Part shown: positions 13,986 through 25,467 of the stretch, one piece after another
Position numbering within the stretch: position 1 is the first letter of the stretch
How the letters are laid out: each line of letters begins with the position of its first letter
DNA from: Octopus sinensis
Taxonomy: Eukaryota
DNA length: 64,000 bases
Assembly: GCF_006345805.1 (NCBI RefSeq)
Contig: NC_043007.1
Span: 18,538,001-18,602,000 of the forward strand
Direction of reading: 5' to 3'
Program-made: the position numbers and the translations under genes
Notes under the pieces: generated by a model
Told to the model about the DNA's origin: nothing
Seen by the model: only the letters and a program-made list of their open reading frames with translations
Databases searched by the model: none

Positions 13986-16900
13986 CGACGGGCTTTTCAG
14001 TTTCTGTCTACTAAATCCACTCACAAAGCTTTGGTTGGCCCGAGGCTATAGTAGAAGACACTTGCTCAAGGTGCCATGCAGTGGGACTGAACCCAGAATC
14101 ATGTGGTTGGTAAGCAAGCTACTTACCACACAGCCACTCCTGCGCCAATGAGTATCATTCTTACTTTTACATTGTGTTACATAATAAACTGGTTCCCACC
14201 TAGTGTTTTCACCACACTCTTATTAAGAGTGACATATTAGAAATTCAACTATAAATTTCAGTAAAGTTATCTCATAAACCAGTTTGTGTGGAAGCCTGTC
14301 ATATATGTATATAGATGTGTGTGTGTGTGTGTCTTTGTCCCCCAATTACTTGACAATTGGTGTTGGTTTGTTTAAGGGGTCTGATAAAACAAGTAGTACC
14401 AATCTTAAGGGACTGATAAAACAAGTACCAATCTTTTAAAAAAAGTATTGGGGTCAAATTCTTTGACTAAACCCTTCAGTGTGATGCCCCAGCATGGCCA
14501 CAGTCCAATGACTGAAACAAATAAAAGATAAAATATATTATAATAAAAACATAGCTATGGCTGTGTGTATATGGGATTCATAAGATAACCATGTGGTTTT
14601 AGGTTCTATCCACTAGGGCAAGTGTTTTCTATTGTAACTTGAGATTGGCCAATATTTTGAAAACTGTAAGGAAGCCTACTCTGTGTGTATATGCATGAAT
14701 GCTGATACTCCACATCTTTGCATAACAACATCTGAGCAAAACAGTGATGTCATATTTACATTATTTACAATAATACATCTTGTAGCTTTGTGCTTTGAAA
14801 GACCAGTGGAATAACAAAAATCCATTACTTCAAAAATAGGTGAGGTTAGGTGACAGGAAGGGCATCCAGCCATAAAATACTGCTTTAAATAAGTCTTTAT
14901 CCAACCCATGCCAACATGGAAAAACAGATGTAAAATGAATGAATGAACAAAGAAATATTGGGATACCTGCACATCTGTTGGAGTGCTTAATCCTGCTTCA
15001 GAAAGGTAATCCCTTAGACTACTCATTAAATTCAGATCTTCAAATGATTTTGGTTTTGTAACAACTGCTGGATTCTGAAAAATAAATAAATAACTAAATA
15101 AATACATATTTCAAACTTGTGGCAATTAAAAATTTTTTTTTTGAAATTATTAATCAGGAGCCCCAGCCCATTCAAAGTATTTTGGATCGCAGGATGGCCT
15201 GCTGTGCTTACATTGGATCGTGGGGCGACCTACTGAGTCAAGTACATCAACATCAAAATAAAGATCAAATAGAAATTGTAGTTGTGATACCCATGCCAGT
15301 GGCACGTAAAAAGCACCATCCGAACATGGCCGATGCCAGTGCCGCCTTGGCTGGCTTCCGTGCCGGTGGCACATAAAAAGCACCAACCGATCATGGCTGT
15401 TGCCAGCCTCCTCTGGCCCCTGTGCCAGTGGCACGTAAAAAGCACTCACTTCACTCACGGAGTGGTTGGCGTTAGGAAGGGCATCCAGCTATAGAAACAC
15501 TGCCAGATCAGACTGGAGCCTGGTGCAGCCTCCTGGCTTCTCAGACCCCGGTCAAACCGTTTAACCCATGCTAGCATGGAAAACGGATGTTAAACGATGA
15601 TGATGATGATGTTGGGTTAAAACAAAATTAGCTACTGAGTCTTTGGACAGAATAATCCTCCTTACTAATTTCTTTGCAGAAAAGCAATACTGTTTAGAAA
15701 GCTTTCTTTCCTGATCAATCTTGTAACCATATATGTTGATTATCTTGCTTTGACCATTGTCCTCCTAACTATGTCTGTTTTAGCAAGTTTATGAGTTTTT
15801 ATTTTTCAGCTCCCTTTTGCATGGTGAGATGAAATTTTTCAAGCACAAGATCCAAATTTTGAACAAAGTGAAGGTTTTGCGCTTGGAGTTTCCTCCATAA
15901 CATGCTAATTAATCCCCAGCCAGGATCCTAACAGAGGCTACTACCCTACTCCAGGCCAGAGGAGATCTGGGAACAATAATGGCTGAAAAGTAGTCATATA
16001 TTCCCTATACTTCAACACCTCCTCCTCTTCCTATTTTCTCGTTTTCTCAGAAATTACAACAACAATAAAGAACGGTAACATTAACCCTTGTTTTTCTGTT
16101 GAAATATGCTCCTTTTGCTTCAATTAATATTAAAAATAATGAAGAATCTAATAAAATAACTTTGTCCTTATTAAGCTGCCATTTGGAATACAAATTTCAC
16201 GCTAAGAGTTGCTGAAACATGGAAAAACTGCCGGCATCAGTTGTTAGTTGTCGGAACACTGCATCCTTCAAAACTTCCATGCTTCCTGAGATTCGCCAAC
16301 ACTACACCTGATTTTCTCTCCTCCATACACACGCAAGCATGTATCTGACTCATACACTGTTCACTTTCCAGACATTTGTACATTACTGCATATGCTTTAT
16401 ATGCACTTTTGACAAGTTGTGGTGCACCTGAGCACTGTATACAATAATTCCATTATTATTATTATAATTAAGAGGAGATTTCAAATAACTTTAAAGCAGG
16501 GTTTTTCAAACATTTATCTCAGTTACATATATTGCAATGTTTCAAGTAAATTACAGTACAATTTATATACTTACTGAATTCCAGTCCATCAAAGTAAAAT
16601 GGTCTCCCACTGATTTGCGATGCTTCCAGCCATAAGATGCTAACGTTTTGGGATTGAAATCATTGTATGTTTGACCCTTGTGGTGATTGAACTTTTCTCG
16701 GTGACATGATATCACCAGAGGAGATTTAAACTTCAAGGGTTTTTTAACCCTTTTTGTCCTCTCATTTCTTATGTTCTGTTTATTTAAGTTCAAAACCATT
16801 TTCTGAGGAATTGTTATTCGAGGAATAAATTTATTGGCCGTGGACTAAGACAAAAGAATACAAAAATAAATACATAAAAATATAGAAAACAACAAGATTC

Positions 16901-19130
16901 TAATACAATTGTTGCATAACTTAACCCTTTAGTATTTAAACCGGCCAAAATATTTAATCTGTTTTATGTTCAAACTGACCAGATCCAGGCTCTCACACCT
17001 ACCCTACAATGTTATTCTACATTAAGTAATTACACCATCAAGATCTTGAAGATATGAGATAATGCATGATTAATTCAAATCAATGGGAATCAATAAGCAT
17101 TATGTTTGATAGAATAATCGGAACACTAAAGGGATAATGTAACTCTTTTCTGCTATAAGCACAAGCCCTGAAGTTTCATGAGAGAGGGCTAATCAATTAC
17201 ATTGACCCCAATACACAACTGGTACTTGTTTTATCAACCCCAAAAGGATAAAAGGCAAAGTTAATTTTGGCAGAATTTGAACTCAGAATGTAAAATAAAG
17301 GGTGAAATACTATTAAACATTGTCTGGTGCTCTGACAATTCTGCCAGCTTGTTATGTGACAGTCACATAATGTTAATAATATTTAAGAAAAGTTGAAGAA
17401 ACAAACAGCACAGAATTGAAGTGAGAAAGTGGAGGGGTGATGGGTAAGTGTTTAACGAAAGGTAGCAGATAGGATTTTAATAACTTTAAACACACAAAAG
17501 AGTGAATACTGAGTAGATATTTACCTGGATAGAGAACAGAATGGATACTGTCACACTATAACTAAGGCAGATGTAAAACAAAGAAGAAGAATTGGGAAGG
17601 TCATGGTGAGCTGGCAGAAACGTTAGCACGCCGGGCAAAATGCTTAGCGGTATTTCGCCTGCAGTGGCGTTCTGAGTTCAAATTCCGCCGAGGCCGACTT
17701 TGCCTTTCATCCTTTCGTGGTCGATTAAATAAGTACCAGTTACATATTGGGGTCGATATAATCGACTTAATCCATTTGTCTGTCCTTGTTTGTCCCCTCT
17801 ATGTTTAGCCCCTTGTGGGCAGTAAAGAAATAGGTCATGGTTGTTGGCAGTGAAACTCATTTACAACTACTATGTAATATCAAGAAAAGGAGACACACAC
17901 GCACACACACACATATATATGTGAAGGTTCATGGCGTAGTGGTTTGGGTGTTGCACTCACAATCAAAAAGATAGTGGTTTCAGTTCCTGGACTGGGTGGT
18001 GTGTTGCATTCTTGAGCAGAACACTTCATCTTACATTGTTCTGCAATCACTTCGACACCTGACATGTGGCACACCATGCACCTGTTCAGGTGTGTCGATT
18101 TGATGGAGGGAAGGAGCTAGTGTACAGCACATACATTTGATCACTATAAAAACAAATCATTTGTACAGGTCGTTCAGCAAAAAGCTGAACAGTCATACAT
18201 TTACCTTCAATGGGAAATTCAGTCGTATCAGAGTGGCTGACGTTAGGAAGGGCATCCAGCTGCAGAAACTCTGCCAGATCAGATTGGAGCCTGGTGCAGC
18301 CATCTGGTTTGCCAGCCCTCAGTCAAACCGTCCAACCCAAGCCAGCATGGAAAGCGGACGTTAAACGATGATGATGATGATGATATATGGTAGGGAGGCT
18401 CTGAAAGGGGTCTCAAGGAGTAGTGTCCCTGCTTTCCTGAGCTAGTTTTCCACCACATTACTTTAAAATTGTGGTAGAGGCCTTGGTCCCATGACCACTT
18501 ATGTCTAGAAACTGAGGTTGGGGGTAAGCAAGGGAATGCTCCCTGTAGAAAATCCAGCCTTAAGAAAGCTTCACAATAGCAAGGGAGAAATGGGCACCAG
18601 CCAGCCAGCCAGCTCAAAGGTTGGGGTGGGCTGCACCTGCCTACCTCAGTTGCTATGGCATTGAGGCAGATCCGGCTACCCCCGTTACGGGGACAAAACC
18701 TGGATTTAAAATACTGCATGATGATGATGATGATGATGACGATGATATACAATGGGTTGCCTTCAGTTTCCATTCACCCAATCCAGTCACAAAGCACTGG
18801 CAGGCCTGGAGTTACAGTAGAGAATACTTTCCCAAAGTGCCATGCGATTAGATTGAACCCAGAATCATATGGTTGTAAAGTAAACTTTTTTAACCACACA
18901 GCCACACCAGTCCCTATATGCGGACTCTTTTAACTTAAAATATACATATTCATTCTTTGTATCAGCTGAAAAGCTCATAGGCTGACTAAGAAGGAGTGGT
19001 GCTAGAGCTGTGAAAGCTTGCATTAGATTAGATAACCATTTAATCTTTAAATACTCACCATATGTCGAACAGTCAAGGCTATCAGCAAACTGTCCTGTTG
19101 CAGTCCCCTCCAAACACAAGCCCAATTCAT
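306..19130 (-). CDS. DDX28: DEAD-box RNA helicase, DDX28-like (mitochondrial); 13 coding exons, about 518 aa in window, C-terminal exon probably outside window
   Basis: Exons in 5'->3' order: 19059-19130, 16575-16844, 14967-15074, 13601-13658, 12501-12643, 11170-11241, 8887-8962, 7869-7975, 6473-6631, 5111-5207, 4426-4571, 2334-2426, 306-458. All are GT-AG with consistent phases. Motifs: Q motif (STPTDVQ), AETGSGKT, PSRELA, TTPG, LDEAD, SAT, STDIASRGLD, YIHRVGRVGR. N-terminal ASYGWKHRKSVGDHF resembles DDX28 ASQGWKSRRARRDHF as recalled. Confidence 0.93.
1221..1489 (-). mobile_element. mariner transposon 5' fragment (TIR + transposase N-terminal HTH)
   Basis: YYEYKKGNSATEATRNIHSVYGKECLNERTCRRWFAKFRSGDFGLE is a typical mariner N-terminus; TA-flanked TIR-like TATCAAGTCATCCCATAAGTTCTGTCC at 1463-1489. 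Confidence 0.85.
2334..2426 (-). CDS. DDX28: DDX28 exon (motif V)
   Basis: ERKDIYQKFMNQEFSILVSTDIASRGLDTTH; 93 nt, phase 0-0. Confidence 0.93.
3325..3950 (-). mobile_element. CR1/L2-group LINE 3' fragment with (ATT)n tail
   Basis: PYSERLTSLGMDTLKLQRL...SNTRG..YKVRK...[17 protein letters not shown]-terminal signature. The same 3' end recurs at about 16198-16467 (+), 38375-38665 (-) and, split, at 36720-37335 (+). Confidence 0.85.
4426..4571 (-). CDS. DDX28: DDX28 exon (motif IV)
   Basis: FVLKFAKKNKMSSVMLFCKDNSSSYWLYKFLEENGVSAALFNGNVFAE; phase 1-0. Confidence 0.9.
4655..5025 (+). mobile_element. tRNA-derived SINE family B (internal (TA/TG)n, CORE-like ccttgggcaagtgtctt)
   Basis: Other copies at about 13725-14146(-), 41770-42090(-), 44255-44666(+), 49415-49940(+), 50610-51058(-), 55775-56190(-), 2650-3025(+); shared tail cagcatggccgcagtcaaatgactgaaacaagtaaaag. 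Confidence 0.85.
5111..5207 (-). CDS. DDX28: DDX28 exon
   Basis: LDTFTRVTTEYLHHIPPHIKQKFVRLLPSEKP; phase 0-1. Confidence 0.9.
6473..6631 (-). CDS. DDX28: DDX28 exon (motif III SAT)
   Basis: AHIKTISPADLSAAAAAVSSSEHPPISVSGTQIILASATLPTSLDAKIGNIIP; 159 nt. Confidence 0.9.
6898..7069. repeat. inverted repeat, 54-bp arms (1 mismatch)
   Basis: 6898-6951 vs reverse complement of 7016-7069; between two (TA)n tracts. Confidence 0.9.
7869..7975 (-). CDS. DDX28: DDX28 exon (DEAD motif II)
   Basis: KIKFHNLLQLVLDEADTLLDDSFHSNIVSILNHMK; phase 1-0. Confidence 0.95.
8887..8962 (-). CDS. DDX28: DDX28 exon (motif Ib)
   Basis: EQLVLNKKMDILVTTPGALQAMLAK; phase 0-1. Confidence 0.9.
8985..9068. repeat. (AAT)n/(AAC)n microsatellite
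   Basis: Direct reading; about 20 nt from the DDX28 acceptor at 8962. Confidence 0.97.
9400..9655 (-). mobile_element. tRNA-derived SINE family E
   Basis: ggcacgtggctttgtggttagggcattcggctcacgattgtaaggtcgtgagttcaattcc...gtccttgagcaagacactttatttcac; copies at about 48745-49000(-), 51740-51985(-), 17930-18200(+), 30690-30975(+). Confidence 0.82.
9790..10350 (+). mobile_element. RTE-clade LINE ORF2 3' fragment
   Basis: Degenerate WRKFREL..LL..GFSLRVKGR...MLHECETWA...LRWYGHV; ends in ccaacctatgccagcagggaaagcagac..gatgat like family A. Second fragment at about 41255-41590. Confidence 0.8.
11170..11241 (-). CDS. DDX28: DDX28 exon
   Basis: SVIKDLTKIMPLEPQLILGKVGSM; 72 nt, strong pyrimidine tract and gtaaga donor, phases fit neighbours. 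Confidence 0.8.
12501..12643 (-). CDS. DDX28: DDX28 exon (motifs I and Ia)
   Basis: GSGKTLAYLLPIFQLIKQYNDIVTNSKHKNSPKSIIIVPSRELAIQIM. Confidence 0.95.
13601..13658 (-). CDS. DDX28: DDX28 exon
   Basis: IKAIPEILQGNNVICAAET(G); 58 nt, phase 0-1. Confidence 0.92.
14967..15074 (-). CDS. DDX28: DDX28 exon (Q motif)
   Basis: NPAVVTKPKSFEDLNLMSSLRDYLSEAGLSTPTDVQ. Confidence 0.92.
15285..15612 (+). mobile_element. SINE family A with RTE-type 3' tail, (GAT)n end and internal ~65-bp tandem units
   Basis: ttggcgttaggaagggcatccagct...ccaacccatgctagcatggaaaacggacgttaaacgatgatg. About 20 copies, e.g. 10432-10740(-), 13020-13230(+), 26259-26610(-), 26661-26985(-), 29450-29920(+), 31915-32160(-), 43435-43806(+), 49980-50345(+), 59423-59790(-), 60180-60645(+), 63750-63932(+). 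Confidence 0.88.
16575..16844 (-). CDS. DDX28: DDX28 exon (N-terminal extension)
   Basis: STANKFIPRITIPQKMVLN...PLVISCHREKFNH...ASYGWKHRKSVGDHFTLMDWNS; 270 nt. Confidence 0.9.
17605..17835 (+). mobile_element. tRNA-derived SINE family C (cctttcggggtcgataaattaagtaccag central domain)
   Basis: gagctggcagaaacgttagc...ttctgagttcaaattccgccgagg B box; copies at about 11990-12190(-), 21835-22025(-), 34590-35030(+, two), 42440-42870(+, two), 51140-51360(-). Confidence 0.82.
19059..19130 (-). CDS. DDX28: DDX28 first coding exon (putative mitochondrial targeting peptide)
   Basis: MNWACVWRGLQQDSLLIALTVRHM then gtgagt; acceptor at 19148 implies an upstream non-coding exon. Confidence 0.72.
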
Positions 19131-19354
19131 TGTTCTTGGTTACTAGGCCTGAAGGGGGAAAAAGAGAAAATGAGAATTTTCAAGAAAATAAAATTCAGTT
19201 GTTAACATCGTTATTGCAAATCAACCAAGACAACATAATATATAACTAATGTGGGAGCTTCTACAGAGTCACTACACCTGCTAGAAATAACAGCCACATT
19301 TACTGCAACCATCTAACGAAAGAACACATTAGATAATGTATTCCTATATACCTC

Positions 19355-19650
19355 TAGTGGAGGCGCAATGGCCCAGTGGTTAGGGCAGCAGACTCGCGGT
19401 TTCGATTCCCAGGCCGGGCGTTTTGAGTGTTTATTGAGCGAAAACACATAAAAGCTCTACGAGGCTCCGGCAGGGGTGGGGGTGGCGGTCCCCGCTGTAC
19501 TCTTTCGCCACAACTTTCTCTCACTCTTTCTTCTGTTGGCCTGCTCGCTTAGCCAGCGAGGTGGCGACATTCGAAGGCTAAAACAATGTGGAGCGCATTG
19601 TGACCAGCGATGTGTAACAACATCTGATAACCTGGTTGGTCACGGTGATA
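19355..19650 (+). mobile_element. tRNA-derived SINE family D
   Basis: gtggaggcgcaatggcccagtggttagggcagcagactcgcgg...ttcgattccc head; copies at about 5460-5750(+), 8300-8587(+), 24095-24392(-), 33550-33852(-), 36190-36445(+), 36779-37268(-), 52195-52435(-), 56290-56487(-). Confidence 0.85.
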
Positions 19651-20759
19651 TACCTCTAAAACGACGAGATGGTCATCATGGAGTGTTAAAACACAATGTC
19701 ACTGAAGAGACTTATAAAGAGAAGAGTATATTGTTATGTACATGTATTCCCCAAAGTTATGAATACAACTCAAGTAAAATGGCTGTAACCAAGAAACGAA
19801 AACTATTCACCGATTTGGCTCGGCAGTGATTTATCTCCACGACTGTTGGTAATTTACAAATTGATAATCAATGTTCACAGTAATTACTAGCCATTACAGT
19901 AGTTCTTTATGCTATCTGGAAGATTACAGATTTATTCAGAAAAGCATGCACGCTTGTATTTTGAAGTAGATTGTTAATATTTACAGATGGTATACATAAA
20001 ACAAGACATTGTCCAATTCATTGCGGGATTTTCGAATAGGAAAATAAAAAGGTCAAATAAATTAGTTTGACTGCTTAATAATTATGAACTGTGTTTTCTA
20101 CAACGATTTGGTTTATTAATTGAATTTGACAGAAATGGTACTAATTAAAAATGCACTAAAATCAGTTTATATATAAAAGTCATCTACATAAACAGAGAAA
20201 AAATGTTTACAACACGTGGATAAACAGAAAAAAACACTTTGGCACCAAGAATTACGATCGCATTTTGAGAGAAAATCAACTTCAGTTAAGCAAACATTAA
20301 ACTATCAGGTCGATTTCTTTTAAGAAGTTTTCGAATGAACAATCATCCTAATACATCTAAAGAAAAACTAAGTTTTTATTTCTTGGTCATACTTCTGAGA
20401 AGGTGAAACTTTTCTCTAGGGCGAATGTAGCATCGGAGAAATTGCAAAGGGGGAAAATCACTTGAAGTTCACTAGTGTTGTTTACATTGGTAAAAGCAAA
20501 AATACATATAAAATACAAATTTACAGCTCTCCATCAGATCTCATTTCTCCAAAGAAGGGATCCTTACTCAAATACCCCAAAACCTACCTCTATTTTATGA
20601 AACTTAAGATTCCAATTGTTGATCCCATTCAATGAAATAAACTTCACTTTTATTTTTCCAAACCTACCTATAATTATTAGCTGTATAAAAAGTTCCAACA
20701 GTGATGTTTTCTTTAAATATATGTTACGACATCAATTAATGCGTCTGCATAAAACATAA

Positions 20760-21066
20760 CAGGTACTTGCTGAAAAATCTCCTGTTTCCGTCAATCCTTG
20801 GACGCTAAAAACAATATTTATTTCCCCTCTTCTTGTCCAATTTCTTTTCCATTTTACGACTTTCGTCCAGTCTTGACAATATTTGAGTAAAAAATCGGAA
20901 TTCATTGAAGATTTTTTACAACAAAATAAAACTGAGTCGTATAGATTTTCAGTAAATTAATAAATATTTATTTTACCAATTTGGAAATAACGTTGCTAGT
21001 GGACGCATTTATTGTTTACACCGGTGTTTGGTTAATTGTCAAAAGTGTTTAGAGTTGAGAAGAAGC
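20760..21066. promoter_or_regulatory. putative bidirectional promoter between DDX28 and BABAM2
   Basis: Head-to-head genes. This SINE-free, relatively CpG-containing stretch lies just upstream of the BABAM2 ATG, and DDX28 needs a non-coding first exon above 19148. Confidence 0.5.
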
Positions 21067-21188
21067 ATGGATCCCGAAATCTGGAACCAATTATCTCCGA
21101 CGATCGTCCAATATGTGGAGACATTGGTTAGGCACGGTCAGGTTGGGATCGGCGCTGGAAATATTTATATCAAAGACGTTTTATCCAG
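21067..21188 (+). CDS. BABAM2: BABAM2 exon 1
   Basis: [40 protein letters not shown]. Confidence 0.92.
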
Positions 21189-24100
21189 GTATTCTTTTCT
21201 TCTAATACTTTCTTGCAATACTTTCCTCTGTTATCTTCTCATTGTAAAACCAATTTATTTCCCTCACTATTGATTTAGATAACTAAACAAAACGCATGTA
21301 AACTGTATTCAGTTTTTGAATTTTACCAGTTTTAAGCACAAAATATCTTTTATGGACATTCTTACTGTATTTGACTGAAAGATATGAAGTGCGTAGTGTG
21401 TTTTTCATTTGTTAAATTATAAGGAGAAGAAGTATATATTTAGTTCTTTTTAGCTATTCTAAGACGAAAACATAAACATGACTGGGTATTTTAATGCTAC
21501 TTCAGATTATCGAAGGATTACTTGCGGAAACTTTTCGTTGCAGTTTCAAATAACGAAGTAAATAGTTTTACCTACTAAGTATAAGAAGAAGAAGAAGAAG
21601 AAGCCGGAGCTTCGAAACTATCAAGAAACAAGACTTGTTAATAATAACTAAATTAAGCAGAGTTCATGGATGCATGATACGAAATTTGTAGATATATTGA
21701 AATAGATTCCTTGATGAGGAAATTTTATACATGAAGTATTTTAAGACGATTTAAAGTTTATCTTGTTCAAGTAATAAACCTTATGATAAATTTTAATATC
21801 ATGCACTTTAATAATAATAATAATCTTTTCTAAAATAGGCACAAGGCCTGAAATTTCGTGGGCGGGGTAGATAGTTGATTACTTCGATCCCAATGTTTCA
21901 CGGGTACTTAATTTATCAATCCCGCAAGGACGAAAGACAAAGTCGACCTCGGCGGAATTTGAACTCAGAACATGAAGACGGACGAAATGCTACTAAGCAT
22001 TTTGACCGGCGTGCTAATGATTCTGTCAATAATAATAATTGTTTCTGATGTAAGAATAAAGCCAAGAATTTTGGTGTGTGTGTGTGTAGTGGTCGTGGGG
22101 TTAGTCGATTAAATGGACTCCAGTAGTTGACTCGTACTTTATTTCATCTACCCTTGAGAAAGGGAGGCAACGTTGATTGACCTCGACGGGGCTTGAACGT
22201 AGAACGTAAAGAACCAAAAGAAACACGCAAAGCAGTTTTTCCGATGCTCTAACGATTTTGCTTAATCTCTTGTTTAATTTACGCACAAGGCCAACAGTTT
22301 TGAGTAGAAGGGGATTGGTCGATATCATCGACTCAGAAAGGACGAAAAGCAAAGTTGGCCTAAGTGGAATTTGATCTTAGAACGTAAAGAGCTAGAACAA
22401 ATAACTCAAGTAGTAGTAGTAGTAGTAATGATAATAATAATAATAATAATGATTGTATGGGGAGGTGGGTATAGCCAACTATAATTCCATTCACGTCTAG
22501 GATGCATTATAAGATTATGAATTCGCCCTAGTACTTACTAGTATATTTTATGAACTATGGGAAGATAAAAGGCAAAATTGACATTGGTAGGATTTGAGTT
22601 CAGAATGTATGGCACCGTAACTAAATGCCTCAGTGCATGTTGCCTGATAAATTTAGCAATTCTGCCAATCATTGCACTGTAATAGATCGTTTTAACATAG
22701 GCATGAGGCTAGAAATTTAGAGGCAGGGAAAATAAAAATGAAGTACCAGTTGAGTACTGGGGATGAAATTATTGACCTGAGTATTTGACTAGTACTTTAA
22801 TTTTGAACCCTAGATGAATAGAAGTCAAAATTGAGCTCTGTGAGAGGTGAATGTGGAATGTAGATGCACCTGTCACAAGACACCTGTTCTTTGATCTATC
22901 CATTCTTCCATCCTTTGTCCCCTTTAACAATAATAATATAATTTGATCGTTAATTAGGATTTCTAACATCAGTACAAGGCTACAAATTTTTAAGGAGTGA
23001 GATATCCTTAATTAATTGGTACTTATTTTATCAACTTCAGAAGGATGAGATGCTTAAGCGACCTTGGCAAGATTTGTAACTCAAAACATCAAGGGATGTA
23101 ACTTGATACGAAAGGTTTTATTATTATTTTTTTTTTTTACTGTTCCTAAGAAATCCTTCTTTCATTGCCCCTTTTAGTAATTATGATGGTGATGATGATA
23201 ATGAATTTCAAATATCAGTATTCACCTTCCTGTAACTTCAGGGTACACCTTGATATCTCTTGCCTGTTATCTTTTCTCCTTTTCCAACTGGGGTAACATG
23301 TATCTCCTCTACTTCAAGACACCTGTTTCTGAACCTCTATTATATTATAACCTTTCATTCCCTGATATAAAGCCACTCTCTCAATTCTACAGCCCACCTG
23401 AGTTGAGGTGTCTTGTTTTGTGAGTTACTTGGTGGTCTCACTGGTGCTATTTCCATGTAAAAAAACTCCCAGTACACAGTGTGAAGCGGTTGGCATATGG
23501 AAGGGCATCCATCCATAAAATTCATGCCAAAGTAGACATTGGTGCTTGGCACAGTCCTCTCGGCTCTTCAGCTCCTGTTCAACCATCCTACCCATGCCAA
23601 TATAGACAAAGGATGTGAGATGATGATGATGCACAAGGTGTCATATTTCATGGGATCTAGTCAATTAAAGCCAGCCAAATATTTGACTAGACATAGTTTA
23701 TTGACCCCAGAGAATGACGGGTAAAGTAGTCTCCAGTGAATTTTGTACTCAGAGTATAAAACATGCAACTAAATATAGCAAGCTATTTTCTTTACCATTT
23801 CTGCCAGACAATGCCCTGAAGAAGAAACTATAAATTGTAAAATATCCAAACAGCTATGTAGTTAATGAGTTTGCTTTGTGACCACATGGTTTTGGGTTCA
23901 GTCCCATTGTGTGGCACCTTGTGCAAGAGTCTTTTGCTATAGCTTTGGGATGACCAATGCCTTGTGAGTGAATGTGTAAGGCAAGAAACTGAAAGAAGCC
24001 TGTTGTATATATGTATGTGTGTTTGTCTCTCCTCATCACCTGATAACCAGCGTTACTGTGTTTACACCCTTGTAAATTGTTGTTGTTGTTATTTGTTCCT

Positions 24101-25374
24101 TCTCGAGGCATGCCTGGCTCATAGGAGCTGATTTCCCAGTTTCATTGGCATATAGGATCCCCATCTGGATGGGACACCAGTCCATCGCAGGTGAGCTACA
24201 AGATGCAGGAGGAAAGAGTGAGAGAAAGTTTTGGTGAAAGAGTCAGTAGAAGTTCACCATTACCTTCTGCTGGAGCCATGTGGAGCTTAGGTGTTTTTCT
24301 CATAAACACACACATCGCTTGGTCTGAGATTCGAACAGGCGAACACTCAATTGCGAGTCCACTGCTCTAACCACTAGGCCATATGCCTCCACTCCCCTGT
24401 AAATTAGTGATTCAATAAAAGAGACCAATAGAATAAGTACTAGTATTACAAATAAGTACTGGGGTCGATTTGACTAAATCCATCAAAGCAGTGCCACAGT
24501 AAACAAGTAAAAGATAAGATAAAAGAAAAGAAAATGTATATAAGTGTAACTAGAGGCTGTGTTATTTTCTCTCTGTTTATAGTTTTAATTTCTCACATGT
24601 AGGACAGTGGACAGCAGAATTGGTAGAGCAAATGACAAAATGCTTTGTGAAGTTTTTTCAGTTCTAAGTTCAAATCCCATCTTGATCAACATTGCTGTTC
24701 ATCTTTTTGCAAGCACCTGCTGTCATAGCCTTACATCAACCCAGTTTTGTGAGTATAATTAGGTGGGGAAGAAGCTGGATGGAAACCTGTCTGATGGCCT
24801 TTACTTATTCTTGTGTGGTGGATCTCAATCTCATTTTAACTCCACCACTGGACCTTTGGGTGTCTTTAACACAGACTGTGCTGTTGTAAACATTCATACA
24901 AGACCATTCCCTGGTCTTCTATCTTTTACTTGTCTCAGTCATTGGAGTGTGGCCATGCTGGGGTACTGCTTTGAAGGGTGAAGGGTTTAGTTGAGCAAAT
25001 TGACTCCAGTTCTTATTTTTATGTCCTCGTCATTGTTTAACATCCATTTTCCATGCTGTCATGGGTTGGACGGTTTGACTGAGGACTGGCTACACCAGGC
25101 TCCAGTCTGCTCTGGTTAGGTTTCTACAACTGGATGCCCTCCCTAACGCCAACCACTCTGAGAGTGAAGTGAGTGCTTTTTACATGCCACTGGCACAGGA
25201 TGCGTTTCAATAATTTTTCTCTGATTTTACTCCTTCTCAAATTTGATGGACATATAACGGTGTGTAAACCGACTCAAGAAATCTCTAGTGAAACTTTTTA
25301 TTGATGTACCTGAAGAGACCCAGAACGGGTCAAAACATGTGTTGTACTCAATAAAGTCTATTACATATTCCATC

Positions 25375-25467
<93 letters not shown>

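Noticed and set aside
14960-14966. DDX28 donor GTATCCCA resembling the U12 consensus GTATCCTT
   Set aside because: Mismatches at +7 and +8, and no TCCTTAAC-like branch site near the 13658 acceptor; treated as U2.
18279-18773. 164-aa ORF
   Set aside because: Spans SINE A and an RTE-related non-autonomous repeat with (GAT)n tails; no protein signature.
19355-19430. tRNA-like sequences (several SINE heads) as true tRNA genes
   Set aside because: They continue into SINE bodies and lack a complete acceptor stem; repeated with high divergence.
21189-21198. BABAM2 intron 1 donor GTATTCTTTT resembling U12
   Set aside because: The +5 position mismatches, and the only CTTAAT-like motif is about 56 nt from the acceptor, too far for a U12 branch site.
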